Below are positions 22,201-34,760 of a DNA stretch of 64,000 bases, piece by piece; the stretch's first letter is position 1; each line of letters opens with the position of its first letter. Below the pieces are notes generated by a model that saw only the letters and a list, made by a program, of their open reading frames with translations, was not told the DNA's origin and ran no database searches. The stretch is from Klebsormidium nitens (Eukaryota; Plantae; Klebsormidiophyceae): contig DF237161.1 in NCBI GenBank assembly GCA_000708835.1, positions 23,880 through 87,879 of the forward strand. Reading direction: 5' to 3'. A program made the translations under genes and the position numbers.

Positions 22201-24499
22201 TCCGCCCCGGACGACCTCCTGGCACTCGACACCTGCTCCTCCTCGTCTTTCGGCTTCACCCGCTCAAACGCGACCAGGCCCTGGCCCCACCCCAGGCGGG
22301 GCCGCGGCCGCTCGCCTGCCCGCGCCTCCGAGCTCTGGCCCGACATGGACGGCTCCAAGGGGGAAGGGCTGCTGAACGGAGCGATGCTGGCCACCAGGGG
22401 CGCGACAGACAGAACGGGAGCGGCAACTGGGGGAGCCGCGCCCGCAGCCCTGTCTGCGAGGCTACTGTCTTTCGGAGGCGCCTTCTCGGTGGGACGGCGT
22501 GGAGATGCCGCAGCCTCGCTCGACCTCGGCGAAGGCCGGTTCTCGCTCCGAGGCGAGCCTTTCGCACTGCTAAGGCCCCGCGGTGACACCTTGTCTAGCG
22601 CTGGCTTGTCCGGCGGGTATTCTGGATGCGGGGGTGGGCTGATGAACACTCCCGGGGAACGGTCTGTTCTATCAGGGGCCCTTCCAGGGCGCTCTGCCAG
22701 CCGCTCGAACAGCGCCGGCCGCTCATCGCCCCTTCTCTCTGCAGGCCCTGGTTGGTCGTTGAAGTCGATTCGTTCTCCCGGGCCTTCTCTTCGGGGAGGA
22801 AAATCCTCCCTATCCCTCAGACCCCCTTTTCCCGGCACGGACCCTGGTGGTGACGCCATGCTCGTGCGCCAGGGAGAAGGCCCCGGCCTTTCGCGAGGGA
22901 AGTACGGCCCCTCCTTGAGAGCTGCCCCTCCGTCCCGTAACCCAAAGGGAGGTTCTCTTGTGCTGAGAGGACCCAGATCCCGGCCCCCAAACCCATCCCT
23001 TGAGCCCACCGCCGCTTCCCTCCTTGCATACAGCGGCTCCGGAACAGGGGGCGCCACACTTGCATCGCGCGTTCCAAAACCATCCCGTGCCGTCAACGGC
23101 CCCTCTTGCGTGGTGAAACCGCCATCTCGTGGTCCTAGCCCCTCCCTGAATCCAGGGCCCACCTCCCTGGCAACCAGGCCCGGCCCCCCCACCTCGCGCG
23201 GGGGTAGGTCTCGGCCCCCGCTGCCCTCCCTGGGGCTCGGCAGTTCTGCCAAGCTCTTCCAGTCAACAGGTGGCAGGTCGTCAGAGGCAGCGGGTGGTCG
23301 TCTTGTGGTGTCTGGGAGCCACTCCCGACCAAAACGGTCAACTCGGTTGTCGCGCGGCGGCGGGGGGCCATACGGGGCAGCAGCAAAGCCAGGCCGGCGG
23401 TAGCCCCTGGAAATGAACAGGCAGAGTCCCGTCAGCGGTGCTCTTGGGGCAACTCAGACAAAAAGGCAGCGGTACTGCGCTCCAGCGTAAGTGCATAATG
23501 AGTGGAAAACTGCTGAAAAACTGGAACCCCCAGGCAGATGGCGAGGAGAAACTGAAGCGCTGATCAACACTGCTGCTGCATAAGAAGCCTGACATCCGCC
23601 ATTGCCAGGCGCCCGCAAGGCCGGCCCCTGTCTGCACGCTCACCGGTCCAAGCTGCGCACGCGCTCCCTCTCTCTGAATTCGCGCAATGCCATGGGCGGC
23701 GGGGGCTCTCTTCCCTGCCAGCCGGGGCCCCCATCCAGGTCCCGCGCAACCGCATCTCCCCGCTCGCGGTAAAACGCTCCGCGTGCCACTGCAAACAACA
23801 TTGAGAAGCGGATTAGAACCAATAAGCACGCAGATTTGGACCCTGTCGTCCCTCGTCTATGGTGGTTCTTCCTTGCCCCTCAGACAGGGCACCAGTCTGC
23901 ATGCACACATGACCTACTGGCTTGATAGTTAGGCACCACAATACTGGTATCATCGACTGTTGAAAGCATGCTCTTCATCATTTCCCCAGACTGCTCATGG
24001 GGGAAGCTTCACAATCGCAGAAGCTGTCCCGACAAGCCCACACCCAGCCGCCAGGTGCCGCACCTGGTCCCTCTCCTGGCACCTCCGGGCCATACCCGAC
24101 ATCCCTCCCTGCTTCTCGCCGGGCAAAGTCACCCGCTGGACCGTATGGAGGTGACCCTGCCGCATAGAATGCGTCCCGCTCAGGCCTCCTTGCTGCCGGC
24201 GGGGGAGGGCCCCCTTCCAAGAACGGGGCCGGCCCAACCTCTGCGCCGCGCATTCCGGGGGGGCCATAGCGGGCCTCTCCATAGACATAAGGCCGCCCGG
24301 GGCCCCTCCGCTTCAAAGGAACAGGGCCCTGGGGGGGGGCAATTGGCGCCACGTTCCTGGCGAAGCCGGGGGGCCGTTCCGGAAAGTCGCGACGACCGCG
24401 ATCCACCCTGTCAATGCGCTCTCCTCGGTCTCTGCCGTAGGGGGGTCCATGCCCCCTGCCCCCTCCACCCCACACCGGTAACTCCTCGTTCCCTGGCAT
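10201..24499 (-). CDS. PWR: POWERDRESS / N-CoR-like multi-SANT corepressor scaffold, multi-exon
   Basis: Start MPGNEELPVW at 24499. Coiled segment ILSEMEQVDSEIERLERQL, then IWANREAARRS and FTERVLALR|YRFLRALW. SANT1 is NPWTDAERKLFLEKYTV|YNKNFKKIASFLEHKSTADCIRFYYLHQK. SANT2 is WTDLERQTFVAAIREYGKEFGQ|VAARVGSKSSAQCKAFFSKSRKRLGLD. Low-complexity P/G/Q C-terminus with TAG at 10201-10203. Some internal exon boundaries were not fully traced. Confidence 0.85.
13893..14490. other. Assembly gap (598 N) with 39-bp duplicated flanks
   Basis: 13854-13892 is identical to 14491-14529 and ends in a (CTCTCC)n repeat. Confidence 0.95.
14517..14620 (-). repeat. Coding hexamer microsatellite array encoding ER/EK/DK dipeptide repeats in PWR
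   Basis: (CTCTCC)n followed by (CTTTTC/CTTCTC) and (CCTTGT) units. These translate on the minus strand as KDKDKERDKEKEKEKEKERERERERERE. Confidence 0.85.
16089..17072. other. Assembly gap (984 N) inside SANT2 of PWR
   Basis: The left flank ends ...CCACCTGT and the right flank starts CTGTCCG. The 4-bp overlap restores FGQVAARVG in frame. Confidence 0.9.
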
Positions 24500-25877
24500 C
24501 TCAATGAGGTGCCTGGCCTAAGGAAAGCCAACGCGGGGTATTGTGCGGCTCCTGAGGTGCATCGCCACTTGCAATTGGCGTCAGTGCGCCCTCCCAGTGT
24601 GACGGACTGCTGAAGTTGACTTGTGTTCAGACCAGCCGCTGGATTTCTTTCACAGCACATTCAGCCATCTGCAAGCAAGAGGTGTAAGCTCTACTGGGGG
24701 CCAGCCAGAAAAACGACCCTCCTGGGATGGGTGCATAACCGCAGGGAATAACACTTTCCATCTTGACAGCTGCGACGTCGGCTCGTGTAAGCTAAGAGAG
24801 CAAACCTTGCAACTTCAAGCAGAAAGTGGAATTAGCTAACTTTTGCAGATAAGCCAAAAGTGGCAGGCCTGTCAACTGATGTTCTGAGCTAGCAGAATAC
24901 AGTCTCAGTTGCTGTTGTTTTCAAAAATCCAATGGCTTCCATCTCCTTAGTGCAACTCAAAATTACCGCAGTCTAAAGAACTGCAGGGTCCTTTGGGCCT
25001 GGGCAAACATCAGAGGGTGGCACCAACATCAATGTGCCCGCTTCCTCTTCCCCGACCAAAAGATAGTGGGGCCTTCAATTGGGGATTGGGCCTGTTTCTC
25101 TTGTGCCTCTTCCAGATGCAACTGGATTAAGTGCGAGCAAGAAGATGGAAGATGAGGTTCTGCAAGTGGCTTTACCCATATGCCTTGCACACCGGGACTG
25201 AGAAGAGGCTGCCCCCAATCCTGGGACCCTGCTTTTGAGGCCTCATCCAGGTGGCAAAGGAATAGCCAATGGAATCCACAATCAAGAACGGACGTGCAGA
25301 GTCGCCAGTTTGCTTGTCCTCGGAATATAGCAATTCAAGCCTCCACGGAGAAATCTAGGCAGAACAGGACCTCAGGCTCAGGCTCTAGCACGCCCGCACA
25401 GACGTCCACAGTGCTCGCAAATGATTCAAGGAAGGACGCCATGAATCATGGTGTTAAAATTGTCATTGACCAGGCTGGCTCTACCTGGTCTGCATGAGTT
25501 GCGTGCTGCAGCCTCAGAATTTGGAGGCAAACGCCCAACAACCAGTCCAACAACCGGCTTCAGATACCCGGGAAAGAGCTTTCGCCGTTTCTCTGGAGCT
25601 ACATCTTCTAGGTAATCCCTACGAGGAGGCTTCATGCCCCAAGGATCTATTATTCCGGTCTTGGCCGGCACATTGCGGAATGATTGCCGGGATGAGCCGT
25701 TATCACTTTGCCATCCGACCAGCTTTTGCTCGGGTGGTTGTCCCCATGGGCGGTAAAACTAGAGGCGGCGCGGCTACCCTAGGCTGCATTCAGTACGCAC
25801 GCTTCTGGGGCTTTGACACCACCGTCCTTTTCTGTGCCCAGTTGGCAGGCTGTGTCAAGACAAAAGTTCGGGAACGC

Positions 25878-25914
25878 GGCGACGCCCTCACTCTAGTTAC
25901 CTGAGGGCGTCGCC
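25878..25914. repeat. 13-bp perfect GC-rich inverted repeat with 11-nt loop in the divergent PWR/FtsH-like intergenic region
   Basis: GGCGACGCCCTCA-ctctagttacc-TGAGGGCGTCGCC. Confidence 0.7.
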
Positions 25915-26325
25915 AGCAAACTTTAGGGTCCGCATTTGCGGTTGCCAGAGAGCATTTAATGCTAACCCCATCGGACGATCCAAAGGGTCAAAGTTGGGGG
26001 CTGCCCCCATCGATCGACGGTTCCGAACTTTTTCTGGCGGGTCCAAGAGCGTGCGTACTGACTGGCTGTGTTTGATGTGTGCACTGTGTAGTAGGTATGA
26101 TGCGGCCCAGCTCCGTCATTGGTCGAATACTGTTCCCAGTTCACTTAAACTAGTGCACTTGTCAAAGTGGAAAAGCAACACACACAGACGAGGCGCTCCT
26201 TTTCAGCGGTCAATCAACAATCTTAATTGTCCAACATTGGGAGGCAGTTGGGCCAACGTTCTGGATGCAGGCGTGCCCGCATGAGCTGCCCATGGTGGTC
26301 GCGCCTAGGTAGTACCTGATAAGCG

Positions 26326-29300
26326 ATGGAGGCAGCCGTTTGTAGGACAGGGTCCTGGGGACAATGCCCCCGAGGGACTGCGGCATGCAGACCAGTGCGC
26401 AGTGGTGAGGTTTGAGGCTGACACTGCAATGTTGTGCAGAAGCCCGGAAGTGTCGACTTCTCTATTGATTGTTGTGAGCTCCTGAGCAGGTCAGGATTGT
26501 GCTTCCTCCAGCCGAACTGTGAATTTTGCAATATATGGTGGCACGAACATCTGAACAGCGCCTTTGGTTGTCGTGGCCAGCATTGCGGTGCGTCAAGCTC
26601 CTCGTGTCTGCAGTGAGATGAGCTTTCTGTTTATTGCTGTGGGAAGAGGACATACTAGGAGTGATTCATGCAGCTGCTCTTAATGCAGTGGTCACAGCGC
26701 CAGTGCAGGGGCTGCCATTTGTATTCACAAATGCCGAACTCCCAGCTTGTTGGGCTTAGGCGGAGCAGCGAGAATGCTCTCATGCTGGTGAATGCCAGCT
26801 CACATGACCAAACGTGCGCCCCCGCAGGCCATCATCAGCAGCCAAGGACAGCGACACATCATTGGGCTGCCCCCTCCCTCCGGCATCCCCCCTCCCGAGC
26901 TTGCCACTCTTGCCCCCCATTGGCAAACAGCGCCGCTCTCATCTTTGGTGCCGCGCAGCGCCACCTCAGCAGAGCCCCAGCCACGTCAGCGCCAGGGCAG
27001 CGGCCTCGGGAAGCGGTGCGGGCAGCGGTTAGCGAGGCAGAGGCGGACTACAAGGTGTTTATGCGCGAGCTGACGCGCAAGGAGGGCCAGATTGAGCGGC
27101 CGGATGGGTTGGTCCGCGCGGAGGGGGGCCCCAAGGTGGTGGACATCATGGCCATGAGCGACCCCAGCTTCGGGCCCGCGCTGCCGGAGGAGCAGGTGCC
27201 GGACCCGCTGGCCATGCCGCACCCCACGCTCTTCCAGCTGCTGCGCGACGCACGCGACGGCAAGGTGGCCGAGTTTGTGTTCCAGAAGCAGGAGCCGGAC
27301 TACCAGGTGGTCAGGATGAAGGACGGCTCCTACGTGTGAGCTGAAGCACCTGCCTCTGGGGGCGCTCTTCTGTCCTTGTTTTTCTTTGGGTGCCGCAAGA
27401 ATAAAAGATGGATGTCTTGTGGTTCGCCCTACATGGTGCATTCCAGGTCTGTTTTGATCAGGGAGATCTGTTGCTTTTAGGAAACCTTTGTTGCCCTCGT
27501 TGTTGAGGGTTGCTTCTGATTCCAGGCACCAAGGATGTGACCTGGCAGTAGCTGCTTGTGACTCCAGAGTTGCTTCCCAATTGCTCCAGTTCTCAGAGAG
27601 TAGCCTTTGTATGGACAATCTTGTTGATGTGTGAGAGGGCTGAGGAAGCTCCCTGCTGTGCCAAGGAGCCAGCTAGGCACCAGTTTTGTTTGTGCCATCC
27701 CTTTCCCCGTGGCTTGTGCAGGTCGTGCCACCTCGTCCCTTGGTTCATGGGCAGCGTGCAGGCGCTCAAGGACTTCAACTTCGAGCAGCAGATCCGCAAG
27801 CGCAACGTCACGTGCACCGTCAGAGAGGAGAAGGTGTTTGTGAGTGCCACCCACCTTCTTTGCCTGTGGCATCACCTTAGAGAGAGGATTTTGAAAGTTC
27901 GTGGCTTGTTGCGGACTCTGGCTTCTCTGCAGAGTGTAGAAAGCTGCCAGCTTGTGGTTGAGCAGGTTAAGGTGCTCACTTGCAATTCCCTTGTGGTTCA
28001 GGACTTCACGGATCAGGAGAAGAAGACGGCTTGGGAGGAGACCTGGCTACCCATCCAGGGCCTGCTGTCGGCGTTTGGCAGCATTGCGTTTCTGACCTTC
28101 TTCCTGGCTTGGTGCTACCGGGCAAGGGTCGGGGAGAACCGGGCAGAAGTGGAAAAGGAGGTGAGGCCTGCAGACAGGTCTGTTCTGGAGGCTTGCAGGA
28201 ACGCTTACAATTGGCGTTTCAAGACCCAGTAGGATGCAAGAGTCGTGTGCTGCAGTCAATCTTTTGGCTGCAGTCAATCGTTTGGCTCGTCCCCATGCGG
28301 TTCGCTTTTGTGCGTCGATATCATTCGTTTAACATCCTGAAGCGGCACCGTTTTGCAACTCCAGTGGCTCCGTCAGCACAGCAGGACTTTAATATTCCCA
28401 GGGGGTAACTCTGCAAATCAGTTGCCAAGGTCCTGCTTGGAAGCTACGCCATAGTGTCTCGCTTCTCGCCTCTCTCCCAGGCTTTGGAGAGCAGTCCCGA
28501 GTACTTTCTGCGGCTGGGGCGGTCCCGCCAGGACGCGCGCAAGGAGACCATCTCGGACATCAAGTTCAAGGACGTGCAGGGCATCTCCGAGATCGTGGAC
28601 GAGCTGGCGGAGGTGCGCCGCACGCAGCTCGCTGCTACAGACGGGCCAGAAACAGCGACATTGATGAGCTGTGCTGTTTATCCCTGCTGCCATCTTCAAA
28701 GGGTCATCCTGTCTCGCCATCTGTTTTTCTGCGTCATGCTACTCCCGAACTTTATCGAAGCAGCAGTCTGCTTGAGTGGCTCGCGGGTTGATCCACTCCC
28801 CTCTGCTTTGTCGAAGCCGCAGTTTAAGAAGGCGCCGAAAAGCTGAGCGTTTTGCGTGCTTCCTGCTTCCAGATTGTGCAGTACCTCAAGAGTCCCGGCC
28901 AGTTCGATGGCGTCGGCGCCCGGCCTCCTCACGGTGTCCTGCTGTACGGACCGCCGGGTACCGGCAAAGTGAGCCCGTCGCGCACTTTGCCACTGTTATC
29001 TGCCTCTGCAATGCTTCCTGCAAGCGAGCAACAACCCTCGTGCCTGCATGGTCCATCTGCAGTGCATGTCATGAAAATCTTGCGTGGAAGTAACGTGACA
29101 ATCCCTGAAATTCCGGGCTTTCTCCGAAACTCCGGAGTTGTTTGTCCGTCGTACACAGTACTTGCAGGGTGAAATCGCTCGCGCTGTGTGCCGTCAGAAC
29201 ACGGGGTTGCTCCTCTTATGCAGACGTTGATCGCCAAGGCCCTGGCCGGCGAGGCGGGCGTGCCGTTCTACTCGATGGGCGGGAGCGAGTTCTCGGAGTC

Positions 29301-32300
29301 CCATATCGGGGTGGGTGCCGCGCGTGTGCGCGACCTCTTCCTGCGAGCCAAGGCGGAGGCGCCCGCCATCATCTTTATCGACGAGCTGGACGGCCTTGGC
29401 GCAGCGTAAGCGAAAGCCCTGACCTGCTCAGCACACAAGGTGTCAGGTCGGATGTTAATGTCAGCTTCCCCTCGGGGAGTTACCTCAAGTTTCGGCTGGG
29501 GAGGGACAGGGGTGTCGGATTGGAGCTTGTAAAGATAGGCAAACCGGGTGGTTTGAGATGGCCAGGAGCAATCTCTCTTCAGTGGCGTTTGAAAAACCCA
29601 GAAATTGACATGCAAGGGAAAAAGAGCTTTGAAAGAAAAGGATCTGAGACAAGTGTTTGGCAAATGTTTCTTGGCTCCCGGCAACCGCATCTGGCCCAGC
29701 GTTCGCCCCTGTGAGCGAGCCCCCTCTCTCGACTTCGTTCCGGCTCTCATGCGGGTTTGTCGGTGACGTGCAGGCGGCAGCGCGGAGGGCGGGGCGGCGG
29801 CGGCGTGGAGGGGAGCATCAGCTCGGGGACGCAGGAGCGCGAGATGACGCTGAACCAGCTGCTCACGCAACTCGACGGCTTCGACGCGTCCGAGGGGATC
29901 ATCTTCATCGGGGCCACCAATCGAATAGACAAGCTCGACTCCGCCCTCATGCGACCGGGCCGGCTCGACCGCAAGGTGAGGCGGGCAGCACGAGGAGAGA
30001 GTAGACGGGCGGAATGGAGAATCAATATATTGGCATCTCGTTAAGAAATGACCTGACTACGACACAGTCTAATTCGACATCATCTGTCAGAGCCTTGGAT
30101 TTCGTTAAGATGGTCCCCGAATGTCGCAGTAATCTACTATCTAGACCTACTTCCTTGACAGATGGCCGATGCGGCCGTCCAGCCTCAGAATGATTGTTCA
30201 ACCGGCTAGATTCGTTCTACCTGACCCGGCGCCCGGGCCAAAGCACCCAACTCACATCAGATGACTTGGTGTACAGTAGGTCCGCATCATCAAATTGATA
30301 TTGATGCGATTACTCGACAGCGGTCGATCAAACCAGCCGTGTTTCCATCTGCAGGTCAGAGGCAATTCAAGGTCCATCGTCATTTCGAGGATTCACTCTA
30401 CCTGAATGCATCACTTCCTGCATAGAAGGAGAGCACTTCTCTAATACGCTCTGGACGATCCGGGTCTGTCTTTTGCCGTTCGGTCAGTCCGTCGCCCAAA
30501 GTTTTGCTGCTGAATCGACACGGCTTCATGCACCTCGCAGATCAACGTGCGACCGGCTGACACGGATGGCCGGGCGCAAATTCTGCGAATGCACGCGTCG
30601 TACAAAAAGTTTGACTGGGACAACATCGATATTGACTTCTACGCCAGGGCGCTGCCAGGTGAGCCCGCATGCCTGATAGAAATGGAAATGGGATGCTGCA
30701 AATGTGCTTAGCCACAGAAGTGGAATGGAACGCGAATTTATCAGTAGATGTGCTAAAGAAAGTAACGAAGTCAATTATTAAAAGGACTTTTCGTCTACAA
30801 CAACCTGGAGGAGACTAAACCCCCCGCAACTTGTAGGCGTCCACCTAGCTGCACCGTTTGCGGAATCAACCAACTTTTTGCTGAATTTGGCACGTTCTAG
30901 GCGCCCACGTTGGTCATGGGTCTGCTGTGGAAGCAACACTGCGGTCCTTGTCTGTTCTGACGTTAGCACCTGATGCGCAGGGGCCTCGGGGGCTGATCTG
31001 GCGAACCTGCTGAACGAGGCGGCCATCATGGCGGTCCGGCGGAACGGCACCCAGATCGAGCTCTTCGGTAGGGCCCCCGGTTTCCGCTTCGCCTCTAGTC
31101 CTGAGGGACAGGCAGCAACTTTTTTTTGCTTGGGTTGCGCATCCTTCGATTTTGAGAAACATCCCGGTCGTGTGACAAAGGGTAAAGCTATGGCCTGTCT
31201 CGCTGAACGAAGCTTTTGTTGTCCCGGCGGCTCTCGTAGCAGGTAACTCTTAGCCGTATCGACAGGAGAGGGCACGTGGTCGGGAAGGTGGCCTGATGCG
31301 CGGCCGCCGCGTTGCTTTGCTGCGCAGACATGAACAAGGCGCTGGACCGCATGATCGCGGGCATCAAGCGCGGGGTGATCCCGAACGCGGCGCCGTACAA
31401 GCGGCAGATCGCCATCCACGAGCTGGGCACGGCCATGTACCCCATGATCCTCAAGGCCAACAAGTGTCTCCTCATCGACGAGGTCAACCGCGTGTCGCTC
31501 GAGCACCGCGGCAACGTGAGGCCGCAACACGCACTGCTTGCTCTCCAGCGAAGCACGTCTTACATCGTTCCTCTGTCAGTTGAGAGCGGGGTCCGGAGTA
31601 CTCCTAGGTTCCTCGATAGGAAATGTGTTCTGCCGAAACCACGGATCGCCGGGGACATATATTCAACGAGATGACTGTGCCGTTGTCAGTTCAGGACTGG
31701 CAAAATACCGCTTCAATGCGGCATGCTGCTTCTACGGAGTCTTGGTTGCTTATGCATTCGACAGAAACTCAAGTGCGGAGTTACTTGTAGTTGACCCCTC
31801 AGCGCTGAGCTTCTTTCGTGCAGGACCTTTCTCGAACAATCATGGAGCGCGAGAATGTGACCGACAAGGCGCATGAGCGGAAGCCGAAGCTGATGCAGCG
31901 AATGAGGGTGAGCACCGTGTAACAGTTTGTTCAGACTTTGGATCGAGCCGTCCAACCCCCACTGCAAAAGGCAGAAGTCTCCTCGAATGATGCAGCGCTC
32001 AAGAGGCGCGTTGTTCAGGCTGGTGCGCCCCTGAGGCCGGATGCCACATTTGTGCTCCCCTCAGTTCAAAATGCTCTGTGCTGGAGTTTGTCTACATTCA
32101 AAACCACTGTCTTTGCACGGCAGGTTGCCCTGCGAGCCCTACTCGTGGCCCTGCGTCGCTTAGACTCAGTCCATCCATTATTGCCAAACGGCCTGAAAGT
32201 ACCACTGCTGCGACCATCGCACGGCCTAGGGCGTATGCTTTCTTAAGGGAGGGCGTCCGCCATCCAGGCCGCGCTCTCTGTCTGACTGACCGCTCGTTCC

Positions 32301-33536
32301 TGTCATCTTGCTGCAGCTGTTCCTGGCAGGCCGCGCTGCGGAGGAGGTGTTTTATGGGCGCGACGTGACCGAGTATAAGCCCATGGACCTGATGGACGCC
32401 ACAGCGCTCGCGCGCAAGATCATCGTCCAGTGAGTCGCCTTCTGACGCTCCGTGCCTTGTCTTGCCACAATGCTAGGCATACCGTTGCTCTTTAGAAGCA
32501 CGCAATCAGCAGCGCTTAGTGCCCGCATCCTTAGTAGGCCAACTTGAGACTTCAACTTCTCAGCAGAGCCCCTCTTGGATGATAAACTGCTGGCAAACCA
32601 TGCAATTACAGCGAGGCTCACTTACTGGTGCTGGCATAGAGTTTATCCGCATGCTGAGCCAGAGCTGTCTACATGAGCCCTTTCTCGACAGCCTGTGCAC
32701 ATGCCCAGTCGTCCTGATGCGACACCGCTCTTCCACATTCGCTTCATCGTGAGCCACCCACTTCCCTGCTCGCAGGTGGGCGATGGAGGACCGCATCCCC
32801 GTGGGCGCGGAGCCGAGCGCGTTTGTGCGGCAGAACCAGTTTAAGAACCAGAATCCGTACGTGGGCCCGTCGCGCGACTTCGAGAACGGGCTGTACAACG
32901 ACTTCCAGCTGGGGTACGACCACCCGCGCAGCCAGTGGACCAAGGACGACCTCGACCGGCGCACCGTCGAGATGGTCAACAAGGCGCGCCTCGAGGTCTA
33001 CCGCGTGCTCAAGGGCTACAAGGGCGCGCTCTACCAGGCCTCCGAGGTGCGCCCCCCGGTGCACGCTGCCAGCTGGTGACCGCTAAAGAGTGGCAGACGG
33101 AAGCATAGCGTGGTTTGAGCTCTCGTGTGAACAGCACGCATCTGAATTGAGATAGTCGCAGCAGACCGTGGTTGTCTTGAGAGGCATGTCAAATTCTTCT
33201 CGTCTTGTGACTGTGACTGGTTTTTCGAAGTTTTGCACATCCACGCTGCCCACCTCGCAGGCCCTCCTTGAGCGCGAAGAGTTGAATAAGTACGAAATAG
33301 AAGCCATCATTGCGGCCAACCCTCCCGACCAGCCGTGGGAAGAGCTGACGGCCGGGGAGCCGTACGAGCTGTGGGACCGCGACTGGCAGAACAGCCCGTA
33401 TCTAATCAAGTACGGGGCGTTCGACCTGACGAGCGACCTGGTGCCGGAGTATGTACGACCACTGCCAAAACTACCGCCAAACGAACAGAGGCTTCTCGAC
33501 GAAACCCGTGAAGAGACGAGTATAATGACTCAATAA
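26326..33536 (+). CDS. Plastid-targeted FtsH-like AAA+ ATPase, probably protease-inactive (FtsHi type), about 15 exons
   Basis: Exon 1 (26326-26404) joins exon 2 (from 26828) to give a Ser/Arg/Ala-rich transit-peptide-like N-terminus. TM segment [25 protein letters not shown]. Walker A GPPGTGK|T, Walker [32 protein letters not shown]41-like domain has HELGT in place of HEXXH, then [14 protein letters not shown]. Stop TAA at 33534-33536. Confidence 0.9.
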
Positions 33537-34502
33537 CGCCGTGGGAAGTCGGTTGTCCTGTTCAGTTGCCCCATGTACTGTCTTCAAGCTTTACGGCCGA
33601 CACCTCGTAACAAAGAGAAGAGGTCTTGGAATCTTGCCAAGAACATGAAATATATCCTCTCGAAGTTTGTCTTCAGCAAAGGTCTAACACAACATTTTCG
33701 ATCGAATGAGGTGATAAAAGTGAGGCGGGCGATCCGATGATTTGTAGACTTCTGCCTTGCAGCATGCATTCCATCCTACTTTTATCTCTTGCGAAAAACC
33801 TTGCGCTCAAGCTGCATTTGTCAAGCTTCCCAAGCTAGCTGATTGCATGAACATCATTTTATGATACAACTCCAAGCAGTTGTCCTATCACACAAAATTC
33901 CTCCTATGGCAGCGGCCGCGGAAGAAGTGTAGCAATACTGCCCGTGATATGATTTTAGATGGCGATCATTCGCTAGATCATGAACACTGAACAGCATGAC
34001 AGTGGTCTGTACATCCACACATCATAGGTACTCAAGCGATCACTGGGCGTCTCTCAGTATTCGAACTTTTGAAGCTGCGCGCTCAATTGATCCGACCGGG
34101 GCCTCGATGTATCCATATCAACTTAGTTTTTAGTTGACATACGTAGCGCGCTCATACTTAGAGTAGGCGCACAAACCTCGATATAATATTATTTAGACAT
34201 TATATGCCATGTAAGCCCATGAGCCTAAGGGATTAGGTAGCTTTCATTTAGTGCGGCCTAGGGCGTTAATCGAAATTAGAAAACATTGAACTCAAGAAAT
34301 GACCGGCCCCCCCATCCTCTAGCTGCCTGGCCACGACAGCGAACCAGGCACAAATGAGCACGTGGCATCGTGAGGAGCTTCCCGAATGTCAAATTTACTC
34401 TTCGTGACGTCAACCGAGCTGACAGCTGTTTGAATGTACCGGTTGGTGGTAGGTCTGGACCGCAGCAGTCTGCGATACGCTGCTCAGTGCTGACGGTACC
34501 CG

Positions 34503-34760
34503 TACCGGCATGGGAATTCACCACCTTTTGGTGTGAAAACTTAATTTCGTTCATCCTGAGGTTTCACCGGGCGCGTTGAGTATATATTTTTCATTTCATA
34601 CAAGCGAATGTTTTGCTTTTTCCACACTCAAAACATCCCAAAATGACCTTTTTCCTAAAACAAATTGATTTCACCGTTTCACAGTCGGGGTGACCTTTAG
34701 TTTTATTTTTTTCACAGTGACCCCAAAATAATTAATAAAAGTTGAATTCCCATGCCGGTA
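34503..34760. mobile_element. MITE-like element, 258 bp, 18-bp perfect inverted repeat including TA termini, AT-rich interior
   Basis: TACCGGCATGGGAATTCA (34503-34520) is the reverse complement of TGAATTCCCATGCCGGTA (34743-34760). Confidence 0.65.

Noticed and set aside
10088-23829. Many long plus-strand and alternate-frame ORFs overlapping PWR (for example 19869-20885, 21508-23403)
   Set aside because: These are shadow ORFs of GC-rich coding exons, with Ser/Pro/Ala-rich nonsense composition and no domains.
31692-31769. Possible extra in-frame FtsH exon (DWQNT...TETQ)
   Set aside because: The acceptor is weak, codon usage is atypical, and the frame is preserved without it.
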